Below are positions 25,846-35,662 of a DNA stretch of 56,306 nt, one piece after another. Made by a program: the position numbers and the translations under genes. The notes beneath the pieces were generated by a model. That model saw only the letters and a program-made list of their open reading frames with translations. It was not told the DNA's origin and ran no database searches. Within the stretch, counting starts at the first letter, position 1. Each line of letters opens with the position of its first letter. Source of the stretch: Myxococcota bacterium (GTDB lineage: Bacteria > Myxococcota > JACRCW01); the NCBI GenBank assembly GCA_040752415.1, contig JBFMGU010000032.1:1-56306 (forward strand), read 5' to 3'.

Positions 25846-28077
25846 TCAGTAGTGGCGTTCCAGGAGGTACCAGCCAAACGCGCGCAGGTAGATCTTCGTG
25901 GTTGATTCCACGACGAGCGGGTCAAGCGCGGCCCACGCCTCTTCCACCATGGTGCGCGCCTGCTCCTCACAGGCCTTCAGCGCGCCGCAGTCCTCCATGA
26001 GCCGGATGGCCTGCCCAATCGTCGTCGTCGCGGTGGGCCGGGACTGCAGGATTTCCCACAGCTGGTGGCGGGCCGGGCGCTCCAGCTTGCCCATGGCCTT
26101 GGCCACCGGCGCGGTGATCTTGCCCTCGGTGATGTCCTCGCCGCGCGTCTTGAGGCCGCCCTGGAAGCCGCGCAGGTTCAGCACGTCGTCAATGATCTGG
26201 AACGCGGTGCCGTACGCCTCGAACAGCCGGCCCAGCGCCTCCACCTGCGCATCGTTCGCGCCGGCCATCAACGCCGCAATGCGCGCGAGGTTGGCGGGCG
26301 GCACGCCTGACTTCAGCCGGTGCGTTGCGAGCACGCTGGCTTCCAGGCTCGTGGCGTCGCCACTTTCAACAACGGACGGCAAGCGGTGCCACTGGCCGGA
26401 AATGTCCATCGCCTGGCCCGCGTGCGCGGCGCGCAGCGCCTCAAAGTAGCTCTCGTAGATGCGGAGAACCACGCGGTCGGGCAGCTTCTCCCGCAGCAGC
26501 GGAAGCTGCGCGAGGAACATGCAGGCGCTGCCCGCATTGATGGCCAGCGGCTCACCGTGCACCTTGTGGCAGGACGCCCCCCCGCGCCGGACCACGGAAC
26601 GGTCCTGCACGTCGTCGATGATCAGCGACCCGGTGTGGAGGATCTCGGGCACCGCGAGCCAGTGCGCGTACTGCTGCGAATCACCGCCCACGACATCCAT
26701 GGCCGCCAGGAGCGCGTAGGAACGCCACGCCTTGCCACCGCGGGTGACAATCTCGCGAACCGGCGTGACGACGTGGCGGTGGTACTGCGCCAGGTCCATC
26801 CCCTCGGTGAAGTGCTCGTGCCCCGGGTCGGAGACCAGGCGCGCGAGCTGGGGCGAATCCGCCGTTGGAGGAAGGAGCTGGTCGACCGCCTGACGCGTGG
26901 CGCGGCCAACGGCCTCGAAGAAGCGGTCCTGGGTCTCGACGTTGTTGAACCCGCTGCGCTCAACGAAGCCGAGCCCACCGACGCTCCTGCCGCCCATGGT
27001 CCCCTTGAGGCGCATGCGACCCTCCCAGAACGCGGGCGGGCTGATCAGCGTGGGGAACTCCTGCGCGTTGAACTCGGCACTGACGTCCACGTCGAGCTGC
27101 AGCCCGGGGACCGCGAGGTGGTAGCGCACCGGGTAGTCATTGAACGTGCGCGTGCTGGTCCACCGCGTGCCCTCGGTGAGCGAGAACTCACTGTGCTGGC
27201 TGCGGTTGCCCTGCGGGTCGACGACGATGAGCCAGTGGCCGATGCTCCTGCCTCCACCCTCGACGTCAAAGAGGTCGTACGCGCTGATGTCGTAACCGTT
27301 GTCGAGCTGGGCGCTCAGCCAGTTCCACGCCACGCTGCCAATCCGTCGCGCCTCCTTGCGTTCGTCGGCGGGACGGCCGAACTCGTGGTCGTACCAGCCC
27401 ATGCCCTTCGTGACCGGCAGGGTGGCACCCTCGACGAGCACGGAGCCCTCCACCCGGCAGCGCGGCGTGAAGTAGTAGAACATGTCCTCCGCGGACGCGC
27501 CCACCACCTGCCCTTCGTCACCGTGGCGGACCATGGGCTTCTCGGGCGTGAACACCAGCCGCGCGCCGTGCTTGCCGTCCTCGTGGAGGAGGTCCAGCGC
27601 GTAGCTTCCCTCGGGAGTCTTGTGCAGGCGGCAGGTGCCAAACCGCAGGTCCATCACCGACGGGTCGACCACGGGATTGACGTCAAAGAGACGATCCGGG
27701 CGAGGAACCGTCTTCCGCTGCAACACCTCGGCCATGGCGCGGCGGAGCCGTTCATCCCGCGTCCCTTCACCCCGGTTGAGACGCTCCAGCGTCACGTCGG
27801 GCGCGCAGCGGTCCAGCACCGGGTCCATGACGTAGCGGTGCCGTTGCACGTCAACCAGGGCCCAGGTCACCGAGTGCGAGTGGATGGGCGCGCCACGCTT
27901 GTCCTTGCCGACCACCATCCGGAAGAAGGACGCAAAAACCGAGAACGGCCGCCCGTCCTCCGTCTCAAGGTGGCTGTTGAGGTACCACCACTCCAGCGTC
28001 GAGGATTCGTGCGGCAGATCCTGGACGGCAAGATCAATTGGACCGGCTCCTGGCCAGTCCGCGGGGCGCTGATTCAC
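25846..28077 (-). CDS. Fusion: AttH/CrtC-like (lipocalin-like double barrel) domain + trans-isoprenyl diphosphate synthase (GGPPS-like)
   Basis: aa 1-375: EWWYLNSHL, YYFTPR, GWYDHEFG, WNWLSAQLDNG, YPVRY, FWEG, GFVE. aa ~380-743: GGKAWR, LHTGSLIIDDVQDRSVVRRG, GQAMD, LKSG, FQIIDDVLN, EDITEGK. Confidence 0.88.
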   Translation of the reverse strand: MNQRPADWPGAGPIDLAVQDLPHESSTLEWWYLNSHLETEDGRPFSVFASFFRMVVGKDKRGAPIHSHSVTWALVDVQRHRYVMDPVLDRCAPDVTLERLNRGEGTRDERLRRAMAEVLQRKTVPRPDRLFDVNPVVDPSVMDLRFGTCRLHKTPEGSYALDLLHEDGKHGARLVFTPEKPMVRHGDEGQVVGASAEDMFYYFTPRCRVEGSVLVEGATLPVTKGMGWYDHEFGRPADERKEARRIGSVAWNWLSAQLDNGYDISAYDLFDVEGGGRSIGHWLIVVDPQGNRSQHSEFSLTEGTRWTSTRTFNDYPVRYHLAVPGLQLDVDVSAEFNAQEFPTLISPPAFWEGRMRLKGTMGGRSVGGLGFVERSGFNNVETQDRFFEAVGRATRQAVDQLLPPTADSPQLARLVSDPGHEHFTEGMDLAQYHRHVVTPVREIVTRGGKAWRSYALLAAMDVVGGDSQQYAHWLAVPEILHTGSLIIDDVQDRSVVRRGGASCHKVHGEPLAINAGSACMFLAQLPLLREKLPDRVVLRIYESYFEALRAAHAGQAMDISGQWHRLPSVVESGDATSLEASVLATHRLKSGVPPANLARIAALMAGANDAQVEALGRLFEAYGTAFQIIDDVLNLRGFQGGLKTRGEDITEGKITAPVAKAMGKLERPARHQLWEILQSRPTATTTIGQAIRLMEDCGALKACEEQARTMVEEAWAALDPLVVESTTKIYLRAFGWYLLERHY

Positions 28078-28244
28078 GTGTTGTTTCTCGGCAGGCTTGA
28101 GGCGTGAGACCGGCGTGCATCGTGCCGGCCTAACACATTAGGCGCGGGAGGTTAACCACGGCGTCAAGCCCGCTGTCAACAGAATTCGCTTGCCCGTTGG
28201 TGGCGGGACAGTGCAAGAAGCTGAGCAATTGCACGAGGATATTG

Positions 28245-30560
28245 ATGCCTGCGATTGAACCAGGGTTTGCCTGGGGTTTGTGCGCGCGCCTGCTCGCGCT
28301 GGTTCTTGCGGTGGCGTTCACCTCCCTGGCCATCGAGATACTCCCGCTGTGCGGGTCGCGCGGGATCACGCCGGCAAGACAGAAGCTGCGTCGCATGCGC
28401 GAGGACCTGGGCCTCTGGCGCGTGTTGCTGCGGCACCCGTCGGTGCTCTGGTTGTCGTCGTCGGATACGGCGCTGCGTTGGCTGCCGCGGGTGGGCCTGG
28501 TCGCGGCGCTCCTGGCCGCGGCGGGTATCGCGTCGGGGCCCATGTGGGCGGTGTGCTGGGTGGCCTACCTCTCGCTTGACGTTGTCATTGGGCTGACCTT
28601 CCCATGGGAAAGCATGCTGCTGGAGGCGTGCTTCCTCGCCATCTTCCTGCCTCCCCTCGACCCGTTGCCGTCGTTGGCCATGCCGGCGCCGCCGCCCGTA
28701 CTGGCATTCGCCTACCATCTATTGCTGTTTCGGGTTCTCTTCGGCTTTGGCAAGCACAAGTTTAGCCCCGACGCGAAGAAGGACCCCAACTACCTGCGCG
28801 GCTTCCTCATCAGCCAGCCCATTCCATCCCCTCTGGGATGGCTCGCGTTCCGCACGCCACGGGCCATCCTGGTGGCGGCCCACGCGCTCATGTTTGTCGT
28901 GGAGATTCCCTTGCCGTTCCTGGTGTTCTTCCCCGGCTGGCCGCGCCTGCTGGCCGCGGCGGGTTTTGTGGGACTGATGCTGGGAATCCAGGCCATGGGC
29001 AACTTTGGCTTCTTCAACGTGCTCGTCATCGTGCTGAGCGTTTCCCTGTTGGATTCGCGCTCGGTGCTCGAGCAGGACTGGCGGGCGCTGCTGGACGTGG
29101 ACATGCTGCCGCTGGCGCTGGTGGCCACCTGGGTGGTGTTGGCGGGCTTGATCCACCTGCCATTCAGCACGTGGGTGGCGCGCGGCTGGCCGGAGTGGCC
29201 GGTGTGGGGCGCGGTGAAGACGGCGCCCATGCGTGCGCTGATGGCGGTGATTCGCGGCACCATGCCCTTCCGCACCGTGCACGCGTATGGCGTGTTTCCG
29301 CCGCGCAGCACCGCGCCCCTGAAATGGATCCCGGTGTTCGAAGGCACACGCGACGGCGTGACGTGGGAGCCGTTCCGCTACAAGTACATGCCCGTGGACG
29401 AGAAGAGCCCGCCACGCTTCGTGGCGCCGCATTGTCCGCGGCTGTGCCACTGGGCGCTGTATGAGGGCTTCGGCTTCTCGTCGGGAAACATGCTGGGAAC
29501 CCTGTTCAGCATGGGCAATCCGCATGACATCTCACCGGTGTCCGGCGCGGACCGCGTGATGCAGCGGCTGCTGGAAGGTGACGGTCCGGTGCGCGAGCTG
29601 TTCCGTGCGCCGCCATTCCCGGACGCGCCCCCCACCGCCATGCGGATGCGCCTGCACATGCTCTGGCCAACCACGCCCCAGGAGCGCCGCGCCACCGGCA
29701 ACTGGTGGCACGTACGCGTCGTGGATGAGCACCTTTCCGCGCGCGGCAATGCTCCCGAGCTGTGGCAGCGCTGGATTCCCGACGCCGTGCAGTTCCACCC
29801 GGATGATCGCTGGGCGCGACGGCGCATTGCGCGCCTCAGGCCGCTGCTTTCCGGCGCTGGCACGCTGGAAGCGCGTGTGCTCTCGGTGCTGGATGACAAG
29901 GCCAGGACCCTGTGGCCGGTCTTCTGGAACGACGTCGTCCCGACCGCACGGGGCCTTGGCGCCAACCGCTGGAGCACCATCCAGGAGGACTCCGACGCGC
30001 TGCGCGAGCGTCACGGACCGGCCGGTGTGGAGGCGCTGGACCGCATCCGCGGCGCCGTGGCGACGACCCTGCTGGAATCCATCGAGCCCCATGTGCTGCA
30101 GCGCCGGGAACCCTTTGTGATCGTTCGCACCTATTTCCATGCATTCATGTTGATGCAGCAACAGATGCTGGAGGGCCTCCCGCACTGCGAGCGCGTCGTG
30201 GCGGACCCGACCATGGCGGTGGGGCTGGCGTCGTCGCTGGACAATCACCAGGGACTCGCGCTCCTGGCGTTGGTTCGGCCGGGGATCATCACGTTCTTCG
30301 CGCGCAAGACACCGCTGCTGGGCGTGGTGGTGCCGCCGGGCCCTCCGCCGCCGGATATCACGCCGGGATTCCAGTTCCTCCTGCCGTTTCTTGCCGAAGC
30401 GTGGCCCCAGCCCGGACAACGCATTCCCAACGTGGTGCAGACCCCGGAAGGCGAATGGCTCCTGGATGGCCAGGACGTGCGCGCCGGGCTCCCGGTGAAG
30501 CCCACAGCCCAGCTCCCGCTCAACGAGGAGCCGGCGCGCGCTTCGCTTCGTGCTCGATGA
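28245..30560 (+). CDS. Lipase maturation factor (LMF1)-family membrane protein with C-terminal extension
   Basis: FPWESMLLEACF, LLFRVLFGFGKHK, QPIPSPLGW, GNFGFFN, YGVF, EGTRDGVTWEPFRYKYMP, APHCPRL; GAGG before ATG 28245. Confidence 0.82.
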   Translation: MPAIEPGFAWGLCARLLALVLAVAFTSLAIEILPLCGSRGITPARQKLRRMREDLGLWRVLLRHPSVLWLSSSDTALRWLPRVGLVAALLAAAGIASGPMWAVCWVAYLSLDVVIGLTFPWESMLLEACFLAIFLPPLDPLPSLAMPAPPPVLAFAYHLLLFRVLFGFGKHKFSPDAKKDPNYLRGFLISQPIPSPLGWLAFRTPRAILVAAHALMFVVEIPLPFLVFFPGWPRLLAAAGFVGLMLGIQAMGNFGFFNVLVIVLSVSLLDSRSVLEQDWRALLDVDMLPLALVATWVVLAGLIHLPFSTWVARGWPEWPVWGAVKTAPMRALMAVIRGTMPFRTVHAYGVFPPRSTAPLKWIPVFEGTRDGVTWEPFRYKYMPVDEKSPPRFVAPHCPRLCHWALYEGFGFSSGNMLGTLFSMGNPHDISPVSGADRVMQRLLEGDGPVRELFRAPPFPDAPPTAMRMRLHMLWPTTPQERRATGNWWHVRVVDEHLSARGNAPELWQRWIPDAVQFHPDDRWARRRIARLRPLLSGAGTLEARVLSVLDDKARTLWPVFWNDVVPTARGLGANRWSTIQEDSDALRERHGPAGVEALDRIRGAVATTLLESIEPHVLQRREPFVIVRTYFHAFMLMQQQMLEGLPHCERVVADPTMAVGLASSLDNHQGLALLALVRPGIITFFARKTPLLGVVVPPGPPPPDITPGFQFLLPFLAEAWPQPGQRIPNVVQTPEGEWLLDGQDVRAGLPVKPTAQLPLNEEPARASLRAR

Positions 30561-31827
30561 GGTCCGCGGCACGCCGCACACCGCCCGCGTCACGGAAGCT
30601 CCGCCGCACCGCTTCCATGGGCACACGCAGCGACGGGTCCGCCACGGCACGGGAGATGGCCTCGCGCACGCCGTCCGACGTCAGACGCGTCTTGTCCAGG
30701 CGAATCCCCGCCCCGAGATCAACGACGCGCATGGCCATGTCCAGCTGGTCCGCGAAAAGAGGAATCCCGACAATGGGCTGGCCGGCCGCCAGCGCTTCGT
30801 GCGCGGTGTTGATGCCGCAGTGTGAGACGACGGCGCGCACATTGGGATGGTGCATGATCGCCAGCGGGGACGGAGCCCAGGGCATGATGCGCACGTTGGA
30901 GGGCGGCGGCCCGCGGAGCGCCTCGGGTGTGCGCAACGCCCAGAGCACGCGGAACGCGTCGGAGCGGAAGCCGTCCAGCAGGGTGTCCAACAACGCGGGT
31001 CCGGCGCGGGAAACGGTGCCCAGGCTCGCGTAGACCACCGGCGGTCCCTCGCGGAGCCAGCGGTCGACGTCGTCCGGGAGCGCCGGCACGCTGGATGGAA
31101 GCATGGGGCCCACCATGTGGACGTGCGGCGGAATGTTGTGCGGGTACTCCACGCCAAACGTGGTGTTCACCAGCACGGTGCGTCCAGCCAGGCGCGTGTT
31201 GACGTCGGCCGGTGGCAGATTCCGCTTGCTGCGTTCAGCGTTGAGCTGCTTTCCCAGGGTGGCGTTGGCAACGCGTGCGGCAAGCCACCGCAGTGGCCGC
31301 GCAACGACGCGATCGAGCGCGCCCAGCGCGCGGATGGATTTCCCGGAGAAGAAGAGGGGCACGTCGCTCCCCGGCCTGATGAGCTCGACGGAGAGGATTC
31401 CCAGCAGATCCGCGTTGTTGATGACAACGGGGGTCCGCATGGATTCCGCGGCATCCAGCGCGCCCTGCGTGGCAACGTCAGCAACGACAACGTCGGGTGA
31501 GATCGTCCGGATTGCCTGGAGCGCGCCGTCAAAGGTGCGGGACCAGCGCGCCTGCAGCCATTTCACGATGACGGTGGCGCTGCGAAGAAAGTCCGGCTCG
31601 TGGGTGACCTGAGCCTCGATGTCAGCCCACGCGGGGGGCTCGCCGTCCAGCGGGCCCAGTGACAGCGCTCGCACGCCGTCGGTCCGCGCGCGTTCGACAA
31701 AAGGCATCGCTTCATCATGCGTGGCGACCGTGGCCTCCCAGCCGCGACGACGAAGCTCCCCGGCCTGCAGCAGCAACGGATGGATGTGCCCGGGGAGGGG
31801 AATCGCCATGAACAACGCGTGCGGCAC
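30520..31827 (-). CDS. GT1-family UDP-glycosyltransferase (small-molecule acceptor type)
   Basis: N-terminal IPLPGHIHP (catalytic His), PDVVVAD, VYASLGT, PSPG-like WAP...VVSHCGINTAHEALAAGQPIVGIPLFADQ; GAGG before GTG 31827; overlaps the LMF1 3' end by 41 bp. Confidence 0.9.
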   Translation of the reverse strand: MPHALFMAIPLPGHIHPLLLQAGELRRRGWEATVATHDEAMPFVERARTDGVRALSLGPLDGEPPAWADIEAQVTHEPDFLRSATVIVKWLQARWSRTFDGALQAIRTISPDVVVADVATQGALDAAESMRTPVVINNADLLGILSVELIRPGSDVPLFFSGKSIRALGALDRVVARPLRWLAARVANATLGKQLNAERSKRNLPPADVNTRLAGRTVLVNTTFGVEYPHNIPPHVHMVGPMLPSSVPALPDDVDRWLREGPPVVYASLGTVSRAGPALLDTLLDGFRSDAFRVLWALRTPEALRGPPPSNVRIMPWAPSPLAIMHHPNVRAVVSHCGINTAHEALAAGQPIVGIPLFADQLDMAMRVVDLGAGIRLDKTRLTSDGVREAISRAVADPSLRVPMEAVRRSFRDAGGVRRAADLIEHEAKRAPAPR

Positions 31828-32010
31828 AACAACCTCGGCAATGCAGCTCGGCCAGCTCCCAAGGGAATGCCAACGCGGACTTGGGTTTGTGAGCGGTCTC
31901 ATCCCCCTGCTGTGGTGCGGCCGTCAAGGATCATGAGGCCCGCCGTGTGACCCGGACCCGCACCGCCCGGGAAACCACCTGGCAACGAACAACGCGTTAG
32001 ACTGACCGTC

Positions 32011-33588
32011 ATGCTCATCCACAGCGCACTCCTGACCGCCAGCCTTGTCACGCTCGCCAGCGACGCGGGCTCCTCCGCCGCCATCCCACGTCGCCCCGAC
32101 ATCATCCTCGTCGTCCTCGACGACCTGGACAAAGTGGTCTCCGATCCTTTCGTCGAACGCATCATGGAGAAGACCACGGCGCTGCGCAGTCAGGGCGTCA
32201 CGTTTGATTTCGCATTCACGCAGACCTCCATCTGCTGCCCCGCGCGCGCGACGATCCTCACCGGCAAATGCGGCCACAACACCGGCGTCCTCACCAACGG
32301 CGGGCCCACCGGCGGATGGACCACGTTCCGGAAGAACGGACTGGATGACGTGACCATTGCGCGCACGCTGGAGGACGCGGGCTACCGCACCGTGGCCATT
32401 GGCAAGTACATGAACCAGTACGAGTTCTCCGACGGAAAGGCGCCGCCCGTTCCGGCGGGATGGACGCAGTGGGACGTGATCGTCGACGCGGGCATCAAGG
32501 GCTACCGCGGCTACAACTTCAACCTGCTCCACCACCGCAGCGGTGACGCCAAACCCACCGTGGTCCCCTGCGGTGACAAGGAGAAGGACTACTCCACCGA
32601 CGTGTTCCGCGACATCGCGCTCAAGTTCATCGACGACGAGTCCGCCCGCCAACCACAGGCGCCGCTGTTCATCTACCTTGCGCCCACCGCACCGCACCTG
32701 CCGCTTCCCGCGGCGCCGCGTCATCAAGCCCAGGCCGCGAAGTGGAAGGGCTCCCTGCCCACCAAGCGCCCCAACTTCTTCTCCGACGGAGAAACCGTGG
32801 CGGACAAGCCGGCCTGGCTGCGGGACTCGTGGCGGAAGCGACAGCGCGGCATCCTTCCCCGGTTCACCGAGCGGGATTGGAATGACCGCCTGGGCTCGCT
32901 CTACGCCGTCGACGAGATGGTGGCGGCGATTGTCGAGCGGCAGAAGGCGCGGGGGCGCTGGGAAGACACGCTGCTGATCATCGTCTCCGACAACGGGTAC
33001 AACCTGGGTGCACACGCGCTGGTGCACAAGATGGCGCCCTACGAGGAGTCCATCCGTGTTCCGCTGATGATCGTCGGTGGCGCGAACGCGGGGCTGCGCA
33101 GCGGTGAGCACGAATCACGCTGGGCCACACTTGCCGACCTGGCGCCCACCGTCCTGGACTTCGCGGGTCTGCCCGCCAACAACGACATGGATGGTGCCTC
33201 GCTGGGCCCGCTGCTCCGTCGCGGCGCACCACCGCCACCCACGTGGCGCACGGCGATGCTGCTTGAGTACGACGGAGGCGGTGCCGCCAACGGGTTCGGC
33301 GTCGGCGAGGAGCTGCGCGGCTTCGTGGACCTGATCACGCCCGCCGTCGCCCTCGACGTGCCCTCGTACCGGGGATTGCGCGCTCGGGTGGCGTGGCAGG
33401 GCGCCGAGCACACCTGGAAGTACGTGGAGTGGCCCACCGGCGAGCGCGAGCTCTACAACCTGGACACAGACCCCTACGAGCTCAACAACCTCCTCGCCGG
33501 CAAGTCGTCGACGTACCAGGAGCTCGCAACGGCGCTGCACCAGAAGCTGGAGGCGCTGAAGACCTGTCGCGGCGCAAGCTGCCGGTGA
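32011..33588 (+). CDS. Secreted formylglycine-dependent sulfatase (N-acetylglucosamine-6-sulfatase-like)
   Basis: PDIILVVLDD, CCPARATILTG (CxPxR), IGKYMN, APHLP, SDNGY, KMAPYEESIRVPL, ELYNLDTDPYELNNL. Confidence 0.9.
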   Translation: MLIHSALLTASLVTLASDAGSSAAIPRRPDIILVVLDDLDKVVSDPFVERIMEKTTALRSQGVTFDFAFTQTSICCPARATILTGKCGHNTGVLTNGGPTGGWTTFRKNGLDDVTIARTLEDAGYRTVAIGKYMNQYEFSDGKAPPVPAGWTQWDVIVDAGIKGYRGYNFNLLHHRSGDAKPTVVPCGDKEKDYSTDVFRDIALKFIDDESARQPQAPLFIYLAPTAPHLPLPAAPRHQAQAAKWKGSLPTKRPNFFSDGETVADKPAWLRDSWRKRQRGILPRFTERDWNDRLGSLYAVDEMVAAIVERQKARGRWEDTLLIIVSDNGYNLGAHALVHKMAPYEESIRVPLMIVGGANAGLRSGEHESRWATLADLAPTVLDFAGLPANNDMDGASLGPLLRRGAPPPPTWRTAMLLEYDGGGAANGFGVGEELRGFVDLITPAVALDVPSYRGLRARVAWQGAEHTWKYVEWPTGERELYNLDTDPYELNNLLAGKSSTYQELATALHQKLEALKTCRGASCR

Positions 33589-33591
33589 CGC

Positions 33592-35535
33592 TCAGCGACG
33601 ACGCCGTCGCAGCATCCACAACGCCACCACGGCCCACACGGCGCCGCGCAGCTCGGACGCACCCGCGTTCACGGAGCAGCCACAGCCAGCCGCTTCGTCG
33701 GCGTTCGCCGTTCCAGCATCGTCGTCGTTGATGGTCAGCGCGCCACCGTCCCCGCCGGACCGGCCCGCATCCGCGCCCACCGCGGCATCACCGCCCTGGG
33801 TGCCGGCGTCATCGCCCACGGCGGCGTCCGCGCCCTGGGTACCCGCGTCGTCCTGCGGCGTGATGACACCGCCGTCGGTGCGAGGCGCCGTGGCATCCAC
33901 GCTGCCGGCGTCGACGTCACCCGGACCACCCGCGTCCGTGGGTCCCGGCGTCCCCGCGTCTTCCTCCGGCGTCACCGCGCTGCCGACGACGATGTCATCC
34001 AACGTCACCCGCGCCTCCGCCTGGAGACACACGGTGCTGTACGCCTCCAGCTCGAACGCGAGTGTCACGGTCTGGTTTGCATAGGCCGCCAGGTCCACCA
34101 CGCGCTCGTTCCAGGTGTTCTCGGTGATGTCCTCGAACATGGCCTGCTCACCGTCGACGTTCTCGCCGCTCACCGTCACCCGCAGCTCCGCGTAGGTGTT
34201 GATGTTGATGGCGGCCAACAGCTCCAACATGCGCGCGTAGCGCAGGGTCGGGGCGGAGCCCAACGTGAAGACGCGGGAGAAGCTGGCGCTCACCACGCCA
34301 ACCTGGCAGCCCGACTCCGGCGAGAGGACCTCACCCTGGATCGCGCCGCTTCCCACGCTGCCTGTGTGATCGTCGGTGACGAGCGTGAACTGCGGATCGC
34401 GCATCCATCCCGTCAGGTCGTAGCCGTCGGCGTCGGAGAAGGTTTCCGCGGCTCCCACCGGCGTGACACCGGCGTCCGTGACCGTGTTTCCGGCGTCGGG
34501 AGCGCCAACCGCCGCGTCCGGGGAAACGGCCGCATCCGCCGCCCCACCCGCGTCCAAGACGGGAGCTCCGGCATCCTGGGTCGGCGCGTCGAGCAAGCCG
34601 AAGAAGCGCGCAATCTCCCGCGTGGAGCAGATGTCCACGTCGAGGATGTACGCCCCGGCCGTCCCGCAGCTCTCCGGCGTGCTCCCGGGATTCACCGGCG
34701 TGCCGTGCTGCATGTTGTCGATGGTGTGCCGCTCGACGAGGACCGTGTTGTTTGCATCCCGCCAACGCATCGTCGCGTCGCGCGCCACGGTGACCTGCTC
34801 GGTGGGCTGCGTGGAGAGACCGTGCACGTTGGTCCACTGCTGCGCAGCCTCGTCGGCGTTCACCACCTGCACCGTGGTGTCCGCGTCGCCGTGCCAGATG
34901 GACACACGCGGCCACGGACCGGAGTGGCTGCTGGCGTTCCGCACCTTGTCACCCCATTGCGCCGCCGTGTTCGCCTTGGGACCGTTCATGCAGCCCAGCG
35001 CGTCGGTGAGGCCCACACCGCAGCGGTAGGGCACACCGGCAATCACCGCGCCGGCCGCGAACACGTCGGGATAGGTGGCCAACATCACCGCGGTCATGGC
35101 GCCGCCCGCCGAGAGGCCGGTGACGAAGATGGCGTTGTCGTCGACGGTGGTGTTGCCGCGCACGTGGTCGACCATCTGCATCAGCGAGAGCGCCTCGCCC
35201 TGGCCGCGCGTGATGTCCCCGTCCTCGAACCAGTTGAAGCAGCGGTTCTGGTTGTTGGCCGTCTTCTGCTCCGCCACGACGAGACCCACGCCCAGCTCAT
35301 CCGCCAGGTCCACCCACCCCGTGCCCGTGGCGTACGCGGGACCCTGCTGCGTGCAGCCGTGGAGCACCAGCACCAGCGGCATGGGTGAGCGTGGTGACGT
35401 GGGGATGTGTTGGTACATGACCAGGTTGCCGGGGTTGGTCCCGAACCCGGTCACTTCTTCCAACGCGTGAGCTGCACCGACGGGGAGAAACAACGTGAAC
35501 AACAGGGACGAGAAGGCAATCCGAAAGCTGCGCAT
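33592..35535 (-). CDS. Extracellular PHB depolymerase-family esterase with extra beta-domain, DAG linkers and MYXO-CTERM-like anchor
   Basis: FGTNPGNL, LHGCTQ, CFNWF, GLSAGG, WHGDADTTV, MQHGTP; C-terminus GCGCSV...AVWAVVALWMLRRRRR. Confidence 0.88.
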   Translation of the reverse strand: MRSFRIAFSSLLFTLFLPVGAAHALEEVTGFGTNPGNLVMYQHIPTSPRSPMPLVLVLHGCTQQGPAYATGTGWVDLADELGVGLVVAEQKTANNQNRCFNWFEDGDITRGQGEALSLMQMVDHVRGNTTVDDNAIFVTGLSAGGAMTAVMLATYPDVFAAGAVIAGVPYRCGVGLTDALGCMNGPKANTAAQWGDKVRNASSHSGPWPRVSIWHGDADTTVQVVNADEAAQQWTNVHGLSTQPTEQVTVARDATMRWRDANNTVLVERHTIDNMQHGTPVNPGSTPESCGTAGAYILDVDICSTREIARFFGLLDAPTQDAGAPVLDAGGAADAAVSPDAAVGAPDAGNTVTDAGVTPVGAAETFSDADGYDLTGWMRDPQFTLVTDDHTGSVGSGAIQGEVLSPESGCQVGVVSASFSRVFTLGSAPTLRYARMLELLAAININTYAELRVTVSGENVDGEQAMFEDITENTWNERVVDLAAYANQTVTLAFELEAYSTVCLQAEARVTLDDIVVGSAVTPEEDAGTPGPTDAGGPGDVDAGSVDATAPRTDGGVITPQDDAGTQGADAAVGDDAGTQGGDAAVGADAGRSGGDGGALTINDDDAGTANADEAAGCGCSVNAGASELRGAVWAVVALWMLRRRRR

Positions 35536-35662
35536 CGACCAACCATGAAGAGGAGTGGAACCCGCCCCGTACCGGGACGCGGCGAAGCGGGCATCGGACC
35601 TTTGACGGGGTGCGTCAAAACTCCGCGCGTCCTATGGCCGCATCCGCCGAGGAGAGCGGGAA

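Noticed and set aside
25846..28077. Carotenoid cluster (crtC + crtE)
   Set aside because: No phytoene synthase, desaturase or cyclase is in the window and the partners are P450s, so crt gene symbols were not assigned.
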